Numbered from the stretch's first letter, positions 40,701 to 55,387 are shown. The stretch: DNA of 64,000 bases from Paraspadella gotoi (GCA_051294375.1 CM119263.1:7550635-7614634); one strand, 5' to 3'. The notes: generated by a model from the letters alone, not told the origin. Numbers and translations: made by a program.

Positions 40701-43700
40701 TATGAAAAAGTAATTGATAGCGATATAAAGATTGACATGTGCAAAAAGTGAAACGAGAAATTTCAGAGGAAAAAAAAACCAAGCGTTATGGTATTACTGG
40801 GTCTTTAATCGTTTCACTTCCAGAGCGGATTAAAGAAGCTCCAATTTGAACCGAGTGCTTAACAAGAGCAAGCTATGTTTCTTTTGGAAAAGGTGACAAT
40901 TTATGCTACTGAAGGTTTCCTCAATCAGTAGAAAAGGGGGGGGCAAAAGGGGAATAGGGTTAGTCTTTTTCTTTAAACCGATAATGCAGCTTTATCTCAA
41001 CAGGAAACGAATGCATTCAAACGTTTACAAAATTTTTTTGTTCTAAACAATAATTGCTAGTAGAAATTAAAGAGTAAATAAATTATCGCCTTGAGGTCGA
41101 AATCAAGTTGAAAAAAAAAAATAAAAACGAAAAAGGAAAACTTGTTAACCCTTTAAATGAGTTAATGATATTGCAAAGAGATAGTGTAACTGATCTATAG
41201 GTGCAAAAAGTTTCCTGAATAAAGACAGATCGCGGTCTATTTATGTGACAACGAAACACAAAACACGAAAAAGGTTTAGGAGGTGATTTAAAATGTGCAG
41301 TGGTTGAAATAACATTGTTACAAACGAGGATCCAAGCCAAAAGACGATCGCCTTGACGACAACTAGAGCGCATATCTCCCGGAAAGGTGTATTCGAAGAC
41401 GGAGCACACCTCAAACGAAAACGATAAAAAAAATATGGAAAAAAAAACGACAGGCGGGGCCGCATCAATTTGGACGGCTCAGGCAGACAATTCTAGTTTC
41501 GGTTAAAAAAGTTCATTAGAATGAATAACAATTTAAGATTCTTATAATTATTATCACTAAATATCACTATTGTTTAAAGGAGGTTTCCTTCCACGGTAGA
41601 AGTGACTCCAAAATGATATAACTCTGCTCCACCATGGAAGGAGACCTCGGTGGATAGAACGGGTCCAAAATTGAGAAGAAAATAAAAACTGAGAGCATTG
41701 GCATAATTAATACGAGAGACAAAGTCTCATTTCGAAAGACGACGAGGTTCTAATTGGTTTTTTTTTAAACTTTTCAGAGTACATGTTAGCATGTAACCCA
41801 TTATTACATTATATAAAGATTATTCAGAACATCAAATGTGATTATCATCGTCAAGAGCCTACATAGTAGACAAACATACATAACATCTTTGTAAACGGTT
41901 TGAGCTCAAGGTGTACTCCATCTTATGGCACTGGATACATCAAGGCGATCAATGTTAAAAATATTAGGAATGAAACAAAGGATAAAATAATGAAAATGGC
42001 AATTTTTGATTACACAATTTGTTTTGATGAGTCAACAAGCTTTAAAGTTAGCCATCACCGCCGATAGAAAGAGTAATACATTTTTGGCTATCTCTTCAGC
42101 TATATTCACTGATCACAAGAAATTGCTAATGTAATTTTTACCCGTTCTGCAACTTTATGAAGATAATACAATAAGAAAAAGTGAATGCATTTACAATTAT
42201 CTTAAATTAAAAACGGCTGCTAACAACAGTTAAAGGAAATACTAAAACTTAGATAATTTTTTTACAAAAAATAACCATTTCTCTTACTGTACATATAAAT
42301 AGAAAGAAAATATTTAACCTCAAAAAATACTTTTATAATTTAACTATCAGATTGCAGTCTCCTTTAATACAACAGTAATAAAAATATATTTTTGTGTACT
42401 TAGTACTATCAACTGTATAGTACAATGTGACCAGCTACACACCCAAGAAAAGGCTAAAATTCAGCTTTTTTTCCCCACACCATTACATACATCAATTATC
42501 AAGCCATCCTTGATGCAGGTGATACATTTTTTGGTGAATTTAGAAACAGTTTGCCCCAGTGATAAAACAACAAGTGAGCTCTACAAGTAATGTTCTATCT
42601 AAAGCTATTAAGAGGTGAACAGTTCAAAAGTCGTGACAACAGACTCTGTTACTTGTTTTACCTGGCAGATAGACAACTGCGGTGACGAAATTCGTGCCAG
42701 AAATTTGTTGATTAGGGCTATGCTCCGACTCCCTCAGAACGAAGCGTTGCATGATGAAAGAGCCTTGATTCGACAGTTTTTGCCGGCGTTCCAAAAGCTG
42801 TAGGTGGATCAGATTCACCGTTGGATGGGTGGGAGTTTGGACTAGATAATTATTATGAAGACGTTTGAGGATTCAAATCTTCGATTGATCATCGTCATAC
42901 TCCTTTTGTTTGATTGAGGCACATTATCAGATGGTTGATGGTGAGACATTTTTAGATGAATTTTACACAATTTCCGTGTAAAAAATCTTTGTTCACACTT
43001 TTTTACACCTAAACCGTGGACCATCTTCCCCAGTCATTTCAGCCACAACAGAGCGCGATGCTTTAATATTGTGTATTCTCTGCAAATGATGACGAGAGCG
43101 TAATGGGAAAGAACCTTCCCTTACAGTTTGGACAGTTAAAAACCTTGCGCCCTTTTATTGACAGACTTTTAGGAGTAGTAAGTCGGGAAATTTTTTATGA
43201 ATTTTTTGGCGAGATCAATTGCAGAAAAGGTTCTTTTCTCATTTTTCTCTGTTAAATAACCTCCCTGTAATTCGAATTCGGTAGATCTTGTTTGGAAAGT
43301 TCCTCGGATATTTTGGCTTTCATGTTTACTGCAATGTCGGCTTGGTGATCTTGAATCAAGTGAAGCTGAAGTCGGATTATGTCTTTAAAGGTTTCACCAC
43401 AAGGCCTCACATTCATGCCGTTTGGGAGAAGCCAGCGCTAGGTGCGGGAGGAGATGGAGATGGCGACCGTTGGAATTGTCAGGAGAACTTGACCGGTCAT
43501 TTGAATTTTCCTTTGTGGTGTTTTTTACCAAGTTGAGAGCTGTATTAGGAGACAGATTATGTGGTAAATTTGGGGGAACCCTGGAGGGAGCATGTGGGAA
43601 ACTGTGGGTGGTAATTGAAATACCAAGTTGTGATAGGTTTTGGCGGAAAGGGAAATCCAGGAGGAAAGATGTCATTGTGGGGACTTGGTTGGTCCGACAG

Positions 43701-46700
43701 GAGCTGCCTGCATTAACCAAAAATGATCAGGTGGCAAGCCATGATTTCTACACAAGATGATTTTGCAACATTTGCCAGATTTAAACCGACAGATCACATA
43801 ATTGACATGCCTCTCTAAAGTGATTCAAATATCGAGTATTATTCAAGTCATTCTCTAAGCCTATTTGCTGCTTCACCAATACAAATTCTCATTTAATGAC
43901 ATATCTCTAGAACTATTGTTTTCATCGGTACTAGCAATACTTGGGACAAAGCCATCCTGGAAATGGGCGAAATCCTGGAATTCCAGTCAATCCTGAAAAA
44001 GGAGGCCAATCTAAATTTTTTGGTTTGTCTTTGTCTTTCATCTGCGACTTTGCGATTGAGTAGGAGGAACTAAGCCTGGCATTTTTGCAGCTAAGACTGC
44101 ATGTTCGGGTCTTCTGTGAGAATACCATGCTTTTATAGCATTGTGTTTTAAGAAAATACTTGTTGCAAAAGCTCCTTATTACAAAGGTGACAGAATACTC
44201 GTACTGAGTTCAATGGTGTATTTCCCAGCCCAGCCTGTGGAACTAGCACTAGGCGACCCTTGTGATAAGGAGGTAGAGATGGCAACAAAGGGCAGGCCAC
44301 TAGAGGGTGGCAACGATATTGATCTTTGAGAGTTCACAGATGAAGTTGGTACTAATGCATGGATAAATTTTCAGGTGGTCTCCATTGCAATGGTAGAGTT
44401 GGCTGGGATTCCTGTCCCTCAAATGTCATACCATGAACTGCATGCGATGTGTTCTTAAAAAATAAGTACTACTGAATCTCCTTGTGGCACAGTTCACAAT
44501 AGCTATCAGGGTTAATGCCATTCATAAGGAGTGCCATTCTTTGAGTATGTGCTTGGTCAGGAGTTTGGGCACTGGGACTGGAGATTCGGAAGGTTGAATG
44601 GTTTGCTAAACATTGGATCTGAACTAGACTTTGGTGACTTTTCATTTGTCTTTTTCATCTTTTCTGTGGTTTAAAGGTTTTCCAAGCATATTATGCTCAG
44701 AGTTCATGTTTAACCATTTTTCATTTTTACTGGCCACTGGAGATATTGGAGCTAAGACTGTTCTTTCTTTAGATTCTCCACTGCCTGGCATAATACCATG
44801 AGCTTTCATTTTATGAAATTTCTAAATAATATCTATTATGCAACTCTTTATTACAACTCACAAGTAGCTGGCTCTCCATGCTGTAACACAGATTAGATGG
44901 TAAAGAAGTTGCAATACTATTGCAGTAACCAAAGTCTGAAGTGTTAAAGATGACATATCATGTGGAACTTCATTTTGCTGGATTCACCATCACTTTTATT
45001 TTTACTTGATCTTTTTCCTCATCTGTGTTTAACCAGATGAGAACATTTATATTATGAGTTTTAAGCAGTATTTTGTTTGCAAAACTCTTTGTTACAAATA
45101 TCACAAATGCATCCTCAAATCTGATATGTCCTTCAAACGTTCCCAGGCTCTTCATCATTCTTTAATTCTCTTTCTCCTGGTTCTCGTTGGTCATTGCTCG
45201 CATTGAAAGATTAGTAAGGTTCTTCAGCTCCATACATGCTCAGAGCAAAACTTTGAAAGAAGTCAGGGGGAGCTGAAGCTGGTAAAGCTAATTGCTGAAT
45301 GGAATTGGCTTGACTTCTATTCTTTAGTTGTAGGGCCCGCTTAGGAGTTTCATCATTATAAGACTCATGCTTATTTGCCTTATGGATACGCAAGAAATAT
45401 TTATTGCAAAACTCTTTACAACACAACTCACAATAAGCATCAAGATGAAGGATTCCCAGGCTTTTTATTTGCTCTGGAGTAAGCTTTAATGGCTTTAAGT
45501 TGAACTATGAGTAGTAGTAGTCAGTTTTAGTGAACGTGGAGGTTATTATGGCTGAGACTGAGTTTTGGTAACTCGTAGCAGCTGAGATCAATGGAGACAC
45601 TGGTCTTGGAACATCTTGCCCTCAACATTGCTGGGGTTTTAGGAGATACCGGGGACCTCGGTCTCACATAGGATCAGGTGAATGTAGGAGCCCATCGGCA
45701 AAGTGTCTGAGTTTTACCCTGTGGGAGGACTAGATGTATTGAGGATATGCTTCGGAATGTTGGTGTTTCAAGCATTGATGATACAGGTGGCTTTGGTAAT
45801 AAATGAGGCAACAGAGGAAAGCGTTTTGAAAATGTAGTAGCAGTGGATTTCCAAACCTACTGCAGCAGCCATTGCAGCAGCAGCTGCTGCTTGTGCTATC
45901 ACGAGCTGTATCAGCACAAGAAGTTGTGCAGCAAGAGCTGGATGAAAATGGTGGGGGGAGGCTGGAGGAAATGGTGGTAAAAACAGGATTCCATCTGTCC
46001 AAGCTGGATGAGCTTAGGTCAATTCCAAGCTTTCCAGAAAGATTTTTAGCATTGTTTCCTTTGGAACTACGTTCCTTTGGTTCTTTAGGTTTCCAAGACC
46101 ATGAACATCATACTTATGCTTTTGAGGTAATATTTGTTACAAAAAGTCTTTTGACATATTTCACAATAATCCTCTGGGAAGGTTCCAAGATGTAGCACTA
46201 GTAGGAACTATAGACGGAATTACTTGTTTTTTGTGTCGGAACTAGATGAAGTAGCTAATGACAAGGGCATCATTTGTTCCTAATGACTTATGGCTTGGTG
46301 CGGAGGTTGAGTTGAGGGCTAACTACAGATTGGTTGACTGAGATGGAGACAAGATGCTGCATGGGAGGAAAAGATGGTAAAGGACGCAGTTGATGGTGAC
46401 TGAGGATTGGGCTCAGATCTTGAGAAAGCTTTGAATTTACTGGACTTTTGTGGAGCTGTGATGGGGATAATACATTAGGAAACTGACAGGACTAGTAATT
46501 ACTAAACAGATTGCACAATTAGACATATCAAGAAGCAATTAGCTGAAAGATTGAGGAGGTTTTAGGTGGCTGAGAGGAGATAATTCAAGCTTTAGCAATG
46601 TAGGTCGCCAATTAGTATAGGAGTAATAGATATATTCATGCCAAGATAACCTGTGGGAGCATACATATAAATTACCAGCTTTCGATTTTGCTTTATGAGT

Positions 46701-49700
46701 TTTCAAAAAAATACTCTGCTTAAAACTCACGATTACAAAACCTTCACAAAGCACTTTGATGAAAAATACGCATTTCCTCGACAACTGTCGACCACCCTTA
46801 GGTTGCTGCAGACCCGTATTCTTATCAAGGAAGAAGCAGTGCTGGTGAATGAGTCTTACAGATGAGACCGTTTTAAGGGTTTCAATAGGAGGCTGGCTTC
46901 CATATACAGTCCAATCTCTAGATGGAGAACAGACCTAGTTTTATTCATCTGCTCCAAGTTTTCAGATGAAGTATTTTTCAATTGGATTTGGCTGAGCCTG
47001 TAGATGCCAACGATGTGGTAGCAGAATATGACTTCCTTTCTCCAGTAAAAAAAAAGCAGCTTTCTGCTGTTTCCCAACTTCATTGAAGAACTCCCCAGAC
47101 TAGAAGAAATTGTTGCGTTTGAGGAAAAATTGGTTTTGAAATTCTTTTCCTTCTCGAAATTATGCTCCACTGTCAAATGGTCATTTCTCCATCTGAATTG
47201 ACACAAATGGAACATTGTGAGTTACACACTAATGACTACCTTTTCAATATGCCTTTACGAAGGTACTGAATGAGTAATAAAAGGATTTGGAGCGAAAACG
47301 ACGAAGCCATTCAATCCTCCTCAGTATGAAAGCTGCCAATGGAGGAGAGGTGGGATATCCGCACCATCTACTTTATAGATCGTTGCAGAAAAGCGAGTTG
47401 GCGATGGGGTTTTGGTCTTGGAGAGACCTTGCAACATCCTCTTCATACAAATCCGCCTTTATTTTGCTTTAAATTGCATCTGAAAGAATGCGGTAGCCAT
47501 CGTTTCTAAGATGTCCAAGGCCTTCTGAATATTCTGGGTTGAAGGTGTAATTGGTTTCTGAATGTGTCTATCTGACAGTTAGTTTTTCTGTCTAAATTCA
47601 GATCTAGGAATCTGTTGATATACGGGCATGTTACTGAAGGATTGTGAGCGGATCCCAAGCTTTGACAGTGGTGTCCGTGGTGAAAGCGGCTTTGAGAGAG
47701 AGTGGTGGGAATTTCTGGGACTTCAATGTGCAGAGAGAGAGGTAAGGAGGGAGCGGACGGGACTTGGATACAAGCGTCTGGTTAGTGTAGTGAGTAGAAA
47801 AGAGGGTGGGGCCCACATGCAGTGGTTGTCTGTAAAGATTCCTGTAGAAAGTTTGACACCGAATGACGAAGTAAAGATTGCTGTTGAGAAACAGACAGGC
47901 GAAGCGGCAGAAAAAACGTCCTTCTAACTCCCGCTGATTGTACCTGAAAGACAATGAACGGCAGAGATGTTTTTTCCGGTCTGGAGTAGATTGTTGATTG
48001 GCAGAAAAGGAGGAGTGTTGCAAGGGGTTTCAAGATCTTAATGTTCTTGACATACGGGGAGCAGAGCGAAGGCTCATGGAATTCAGAGGGGAAGTTCAGG
48101 CCTCCGGTTGCGGGGCAGCAAGCATAGACAGATTCGGGATCGGTCAGTTGAGGCTCTTCTGTTAACAGAATAAACAATAAAATGAAAACGAGATTAACCA
48201 ACAGGTAAAAAAACGAATTTGTACAATGTATTCGTTCTTTTACAAATCTTTTTAAAAAAAAAATTTAGTATACATAACAAATACTATTCGGTTAAAGTTT
48301 CTCCATATCCGAGAAGGGGAGACTTTCTCCCGACGTTCCACCATCTGCAAAAAAAAAATTGAGATAAAAACTTATGGATTTAAACTGAGAATACTTCGTA
48401 CTATTTATTTGAATTATGGTATTTTTATTAGAAAAAGAAGAAGGGGAAGGTCCTGATCTTGAAAAACAACACCTAGTCTAAAAAAAAAAACAAAACGTTC
48501 TATTTTAAAGTTTTGGAATTCCTTGAAGAAGAAGGAGCAGGAAATTCCTTGGACGAAATCAAGTAGATAAATTTTATTAAACAAAAGTTACCACCTCCTA
48601 TCTTAAAATCAAATGACAGTTATTTGTAACTAAAGAGAGAACCTAGCAATATAATCAATAACTGTTACGAAGTTCAATACTATTAAAAAGAAGAAAATTT
48701 TTTTTTCTAAAGCGCCCATATTTAAACATTACTAATCCCAGTAAACTATTAAAATTAAAAAAAATAGAAACTACTCACCATCGCGAAAGAAGGGATTCCG
48801 ATTTCATTGAATCTTCTGAGGGGGTTTAGGACTGTTTCGGCGACTGAGATTTGGACTCCGAACTAGGAAAGACTGACGTCGCTGGTTCCACCGAAAAATC
48901 TTGGGAGTCCGGAACTGGAGAGATCTGAACGTCCATGGGGCTCTCTTCCTGCCCGAAAGACAGTGAGCAAGGACGTAGTTAGCGGGCTGCTGGGTGAGGG
49001 GGAGTTATACGTCTGTGGAGGAGAAAAAAACGGCGAATTAGTAGGTTGGAATAAAACGGAAGATCCATTCCGCCGGTTTTATAAGATAAAATATAAATTT
49101 TAATTGGTTGTGACAAATTTTAAAAAAAATATGTTTTCGCGATGATCAGTGTTTTCACCTTAAAATTTCTTTACAATAGGTTAAGTTTGCTATTATTCTA
49201 ACATCGTGAACATAATTTTTGGTAAGTATTTATATTTATTTAGAAAGTTGAGATAACATAACAAGAAGAATAATGGAACGCTATAAAAAACGAATTGAAA
49301 TTTGTTTTTGATATCGGAATTGATAATATGATTTGCAGCCTCGTATCGAAATTGACTTTTGTTATTTCGCATTTTTACTGGATATAACGCAAAATTGTCA
49401 AGTAAAATACATATAAATAAATTTATTTTATAATTTTGTCTTCTAAAAGGGTGGAACAGAATGTTCATCGTTTTTTATTAGTTTTTTCTCAAGCAAACAA
49501 GAGACTGAAACTTAATTGATACCATCTCCGGGAGTAAGACCGAGTCGTTCAGTCCAGCATTCGTTTAAAGTTGAAGAAAATAATGATTTTTAAATTATAC
49601 AACTTTCCTCCTTTTTAATTATAAAATTTTTTAAATTAGGCAACAATTATAAATATATTCATAAATCAAAAAATCCTACTTCTCTACAAATCTCAACGCT

Positions 49701-52700
49701 CCAAGCCACTCAAACAATTTTGGAGTTTTACCTATATTCATTATCGAACGCATAAATAATAGAAAATCTCATCCCTTTTATCCATGCTTGAACCCTTTTC
49801 CAGTTCATTTTTTCATATCCTTTAAACCATTCTTCTTTCGAAGCCACGTTTCCCGACAAATGCGGGTCGAACTTACCCTTCTTTGTCCGTCGCCAGAGAG
49901 CGCTGTTTGGACGAATGTCAACGCGACAAGTTTTGCGGGCGGAATGACGACTTTCGGCGACGGCCGCTTGGCGCGAGGCTGCGTACTGGGTGGGAAACGG
50001 GGAGAAAGGGTAAGTTTTATGAGGGAACGAAGAGCGGGTACACTTCGATGAAAAGTATGAATGTATTTTGTGAACCTCGGGTCGATTCAGTCGTTTTAAA
50101 GTTGTCGTTATGCGATCGTTTTTTTCACTTGTCTAATCGCTATCTTGCTGGATCTTCGTTTTGAACCTCGTATACCGCACTATTTTAATTGATTCAACTG
50201 ATTCGAAGGATTTATTCGCGATTTTAATTTACCTTTTCATTGATTTCATGCTGGATTTTCTTAAAGTAAATATATGAAAATAATATATAAGCGTTTTCTA
50301 CGTTTTAAGATTTTGAGGGCAATACCTGTCCCTTCGCTGCAAAACCAGGAGAAGCTACAGTGGAAACTCCTCTTGTCCATATTGACTATTTCTTTTTGGA
50401 TTTTTTAAAAATGAAAAAGGGACGACGGACGAAATCATAAGAAACAATGATAGTTGACAACTATAATCATAACATAGAAATATTTATGAAAATAAATAAA
50501 AGATGAGAAGAAAAAAAATAAAAGATAGTTTTTTGAAAAATTTAAAAAAAAATATCATATCATGTCATTCGTTTGACATATACAAAAAATTTAAGTCTTC
50601 TATTACTTCCTATTTTCGTCTGCGAAGAGTAATTGAAATTTTCATTTTATTTTTTCAATGCTTATTGTCATGTTTCGTTAAAAATTCTCACGATTACATT
50701 ACATGATTAAATTTTTTCACTATTTTCAATCATTAATTCTCGAAGCAGATCGCAATATTACATTTCATATAATAAATTTTGGTTTCATAACCTTTATAAA
50801 TTGTAATAAGTAAGAAGAAAAAAGTTGCGATGACAAGAGAAAAAAAAGGGAAGGAAGTTAGAGTACAAAGGAAAAATAGAAAGAAAGAAAAATCTAAAAA
50901 AAAAGAAGATAATTTAAAAAATATTTTCTTTTTACAAAGAATTTGGACAATGGTCGAAAATTTTATGTGTAATCTAACGTTATTTTTATGTAAATGTCTA
51001 CATTTAATAAAAAAAAATGAGAAAAGGGAAGAACGAGGCACGTTCCCTATTTCTTAACCAAGCCATGGATTCATCAGACACCCCCCACCCACCCGCGGAG
51101 ACCTTGAATCGTGGCGCCGTGGTAAGTTCGGGAAATGAAGTCACCTCCTCGGACGAGGATTCCTCGTCGCTCGCGTTTCCGTCGGAAGCTCTGAGCGTCG
51201 GCGCTGGGCGTTCAACCGCGCGCACGGCCGCGACCTGCCAGTGACGTCCGCATCGGCGCGAAAATTCGAGACGCGGCGCCTTTTGAATCGTCCACGCGCG
51301 CCGAGTCATGTGTGTCGGGGGGCGCCGGCGCCGCGGGCGTTCGGCTAGTCGAAGACGCAGATCTTGGACGCGACGCAACGGCCAGCGTTTCATGAAGGAG
51401 TTCCTCGGCGTGCGGCGGCGTCGCAGCACGAGGGATTGTCGCTCCGGAAAGCAGTCGACGACCCGTCGGCGATCGCGGCTTTGGATCTCCGGGCTTCGTC
51501 AAATAGCGGCGTCCTGCGCCTCCGAACCAGCGGTGTATTGGGTCTCGAGATCGTCCGAAACGACGGGGGATTGCCGCGAGCGGTGTGGGTTTAGTCCGGC
51601 GTCGACGCGGGCGTTTTGGCGGAGGCGGCGAGGTTCGAGCCTACCAGCCGATGCAGAACGTCGGCGGAAGGCGGTGGTCGCGGGAGAGCGTTGTCGCCTC
51701 GAAGGTGAGGGTTCTCGGGGTAAGTGTCGGTGGGCCTTCAGACGTTTTTGTCCGTTGTGCAATGGTCGTTGTTGTTATTATTGTTATGGGTTTCGCGTTT
51801 CGATCTTTCGTGGCGAGATTTCGTGAGGTCGTCCTCGCTCTTCGTCGCGATCGTCTCCGGCGATTCGAGTCTCGTCGAGTCCGCGAAACCGGCCGTGACG
51901 TTTCTGCGACGCCGTTACTTTTGGCTTCGACTCGGCGCTTGTGTCTCATCAACGGCGTGTAAATCCCGACGCCGGCTCGTGGCGACCCGAGCGATCCGCT
52001 GCGCGACCGGAAACGTCAGAGGCGTGGCGGCCGAGGACGCCAGTTATTCCGAAGGTTTTCGTCGATGGGCCGCGCCGGAAGTACGCATGTCGAGTCGCGG
52101 TACGGAGGGAATGACGCGGAGGCTTTTGGACTCATGTTCTTGCCTGGAGTAGTTGCTTGTTTCTGTTCGATTTGCTGTTTTGCGGTCGTTGTTTCGTTGC
52201 AAGTGGGTTTTGCGTTGGGTTGTACTGAGAGACGTCGTACCTGGCAAAGAGAAACGCGGGGGAGCGAACGGCTTGATGGAATGATGGTTTTGAAAAAGAA
52301 GAGTACGAGGAAATGAGGAGGAGGAGGATGAGGGGAGGGGACGGCGACGGAAGAAGAAACGAGAGCAATAAAGTGGAAGGAAATCCTTGCCGATGCTGAC
52401 ACGCGACGACGAAGATGAGAAGCCGATGAGTAAACTATTCGTATTTGTCGTTCTGTCGTGTTATCGCAATAGGGACGAACGTCCGAGGCACAGCTGATGC
52501 GCGTCTCCTCCTTCCCTCCTCCCGAACGCGGCGAGACTCTCTCCTCCTCGGTCTACTCGTACATACGGTCGCGAATGCTCGCGCTCGTGCTTCCATCCTC
52601 GTGAATTCCTCGCTACGCTTGACGGTCGCTATACGCTACCTACTGACCGTGAGGTCGTAGACGCTCCTGGTTTTCGTGGATGCAATAGTACGGGACTTTC

Positions 52701-53240
52701 ATAGGATATGATGAGATGGATTCGTTGCGCGTGGGATGACGACGGGAGCCCATGGAACGGAAGGAGAGGGGAAGAGGCGTCTTGCGGGACCTCCCAGATT
52801 CCTCCTTCCTTCGACGCTATAAAAACTCTGCTGTAGCCGCGGTGCGGCGGCGACGGAGGCGGCAGGTCCGATGCGGGGAGTACCTGTAGGAAAAAAACGT
52901 GCGGTCGCTCGCGCGAGGTTATAAGCTGGCAAGCTGTTCCTTTGACCACCTGCGTTGGAGTCGAGAACCGTCTTCTCACATGGAGAGATCGGGGTTTCGA
53001 CCGCGTTAGGGGGTCGTCGGGAACGTTCACCCGAGTGTCGAAGAACGCGGCGCGCTTGTTTCCGAAAGCGCGTCGCTCCCGCGTCGCGCTTCGTCTAGCT
53101 CGACGGGCGGGGGCGGTGGCGGGTCGTCGTAGTGAATTCGCGTCATTCCACGTGCGTGCCGCGCGGCGCGCGCCGCGCTGGTCTGGCATTTTTCCATTAA
53201 GCATGTATTGCGCGCCTGTCGTTGTAATAAATGGGTCGGG
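37716..53240 (-). repeat. 15.5-kb inverted copy of about 20899-36174, progressively degraded (probable long-read extension or fold-back artefact)
   Basis: Colinear reverse complement. It is nearly identical near 37.7 kb, heavily indel-ridden beyond about 46 kb, and ends at a 25-N gap. Confidence 0.9.
42605..53240 (-). pseudogene. Frameshifted inverted copy of the zinc-finger gene (more likely sequencing error than a true pseudogene)
   Basis: Short ORF fragments are identical in places to the 1806-aa ORF (CCKEFCNKYFLRIHKANKH, GTNFVTAVVYLP), and the introns are retained. Confidence 0.6.
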
Positions 53241-53265
53241 NNNNNNNNNNNNNNNNNNNNNNNNN

Positions 53266-53457
53266 AATCTTTAAAAAAACTGTTTTGAAATTTGAACATT
53301 TATTGATTTTGTACTAGTATAAATATGGCCTACTGCGTAAATTTTAAAATTTATTGAAAATTTTTTTATTACATAAATGTTCAATAGTATAATGTTGTTC
53401 GTTCCTCATTTTTAGAATTTTAATTAAAGCTAAATTTAGAAATTTTACTACGCCTTA
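53266..53457. mobile_element. Other arm of the TIR element ending ...TTTTACTACGCCT|TA
   Basis: Terminus matches 36603-36618 and abuts the inverted WAP intron-3 sequence. Confidence 0.5.
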
Positions 53458-54053
53458 CTAAATAAAGACTTCCCTCTGCGTTTGCAAAACCAGACCGTCT
53501 TAGGGTAACCGCGCCAGTGACAGGAGGCGTCNNNNNNNNNNNNNNNNNNNNNNNNNNNNNNNNNNNNNNNNNNNNNNNNNNNNNNNNNNNNNNNNNNNNN
53601 NNNNNNNNNNNNNNNNNNNNNNNNNNNNNNNNNNNNNNNNNNNNNNNNNNNNNNNNNNNNNNNNNNNNNNNNNNNNNNNNNNNNNNNNNNNNNNNNNNNN
53701 NNNNNNNNNNNNNNNNNNNNNNNNNNNNNNNNNNNNNNNNTTTCTCTCGACTAAACCGTCGACAGTACTTTCTCTAATTTAAAGAAAACATCTTTTCTTA
53801 CGAATTGTCTTCTCAATAAAAGTGTTTTCGGGCATTTCATATATTAATTCATATATATTAATTCAAAAGGCTCATTCTGGAAGTGGATCTTCTCCGAGTT
53901 GACACTTGACAGATTTAGTTGCACTTTCTCGACAAAAAGTCGAGAGCCAAACGCGGAACTGGATCGACTTATAAACACAAAAATTATGTCAATATATATA
54001 TATATCGAAGTTATAGAATTTCTGAAAAAGAAAAGACGCTTCTCGTGACTTAC

Positions 54054-55387
54054 CCCGGCGCAGTCGTTTTTAGAGGTGCATTCGTTCTTGACTTGGCGGT
54101 CGGGCTTTCCGCACTCCTTGCTGTCCACCGTCGTCATTGGGCATTGGTAGCGGATCGTGGGACTCAACGCCTGACGTCGCGTTCGTCCTTTTTAAGTTTA
54201 AGATTAAGATTCACTCTGAACAGTTTTTATGGGCATGACTGTTAAGTGTTATGAGATTTCCAGAAGCCCTTTTTATAAATTTCATGCGGATTAAAAGATA
54301 AATTTGAAAGCATATTTATTGCTCATATGGAAATACCGGTAATAAATTACTATGTAAAGAGGTTTTTTTAGTCAAGGGCTTCTGAAACTTGGATCCCAAA
54401 AAAGGCCCACAGGGAAGGAAAAACGTTAAAAGGAAAAGATAGTGAAATTGAAGAGGAAAAAAAAATTAGGAAACGGATAGTATGAAATTTTTTTTTTCCA
54501 GCGAACTGCAAGAACTATGAACAATCCAGAGCATGCGGATCTGACTTTGGCCTCTTCCCAATAACATTATCTTTTGATGCGACGATGACTAAAGTATGAA
54601 ATCGAGCTTTGTCTATTGGTTATTATGGACACCTGCTGTCACCGCGCAATTTACCGTTGCCGCCTCCGCCGCCGCCGCCGCCGCCGCCTCCGAGCATTCC
54701 CAACAGCGTCGGAATGAAATTCGCGATCATTCCGCCAATGTTGCTCCAAAAGCTTCCGCCGCCTGGACGAGACGGGCGCGTTCCGGAGGGCTGCTGAGGG
54801 GGCGGAGGCGGCGGAGCGAGTCCGCCGCCACCGGAAACGGAGTTGCTACCGACCGGAAAAGCGTTTCCGCCTCCTCCGCCGAACGCGTTGGCCGGCATAG
54901 GATGCATGCCGAATTGCCCGGGGAAGCCCGTGCCGACGCCGGTCTGACCGAAGCCCCCTGTGCCCGACCCTGTCCCACCTACGAGCCCCTGGGGTGGTCG
55001 CCCGAAATGAGTGGGACCGCCGAGCCCGGGGAAAGAAAAACCGCTGAACCCGGAAGATTTGGGGTTTTTTTTAAGAAGTCCCGTCGGGTGGAGTTAAAAT
55101 AATGGCGGGAAATCGAGCGGCCGTGGCGAATGAGGTGGATAAGGAGGCAGGGGGAGACGGGAAAGACGCTTTCGAATATTTTCTTTCTTTCATAGAATAT
55201 CGAAGATCGATAGATATAGTGAGATAGAGACAGAGACAGTCGACAGAAGTTACCTTCCAGGCATCCCGCCACCAAACCCGAATTGTCGCGACATCCCACC
55301 TGACGTCGCGCCCTGAGCCGAAACCGCCAAAACGCATAACGCCGCCGCCGCCGCTAACGCCGTCAAAACACTTGCGAACGGAGGCAT
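54054..55387 (-). CDS. Exons 1-3 (55387-55254, 55043-54655, 54187-54054) of the secreted Gly-rich double-WAP protein; clean reading frame
   Basis: GT-AG introns of phase 2, 1 and 0 join without frameshift: MPPFASVLTALAAAAALCVLAVSA-QGATSGG...FWSNIGGMIANFIPTLLGMLGGGG...GRTRRQALSPTIRYQCPMTTVDSKECGKPDRQVKNECTSKNDCAG. Confidence 0.8.

Noticed and set aside
50324-50372. About 40 extra bases in the inverted copy relative to about 23720-23745
   Set aside because: It lies in the noisy arm and is most simply a raw-read insertion burst.
42605-53240. A true paralog of the zinc-finger gene
   Set aside because: The error gradient, indel dominance and termination at a 25-N gap point to low-coverage read sequence.
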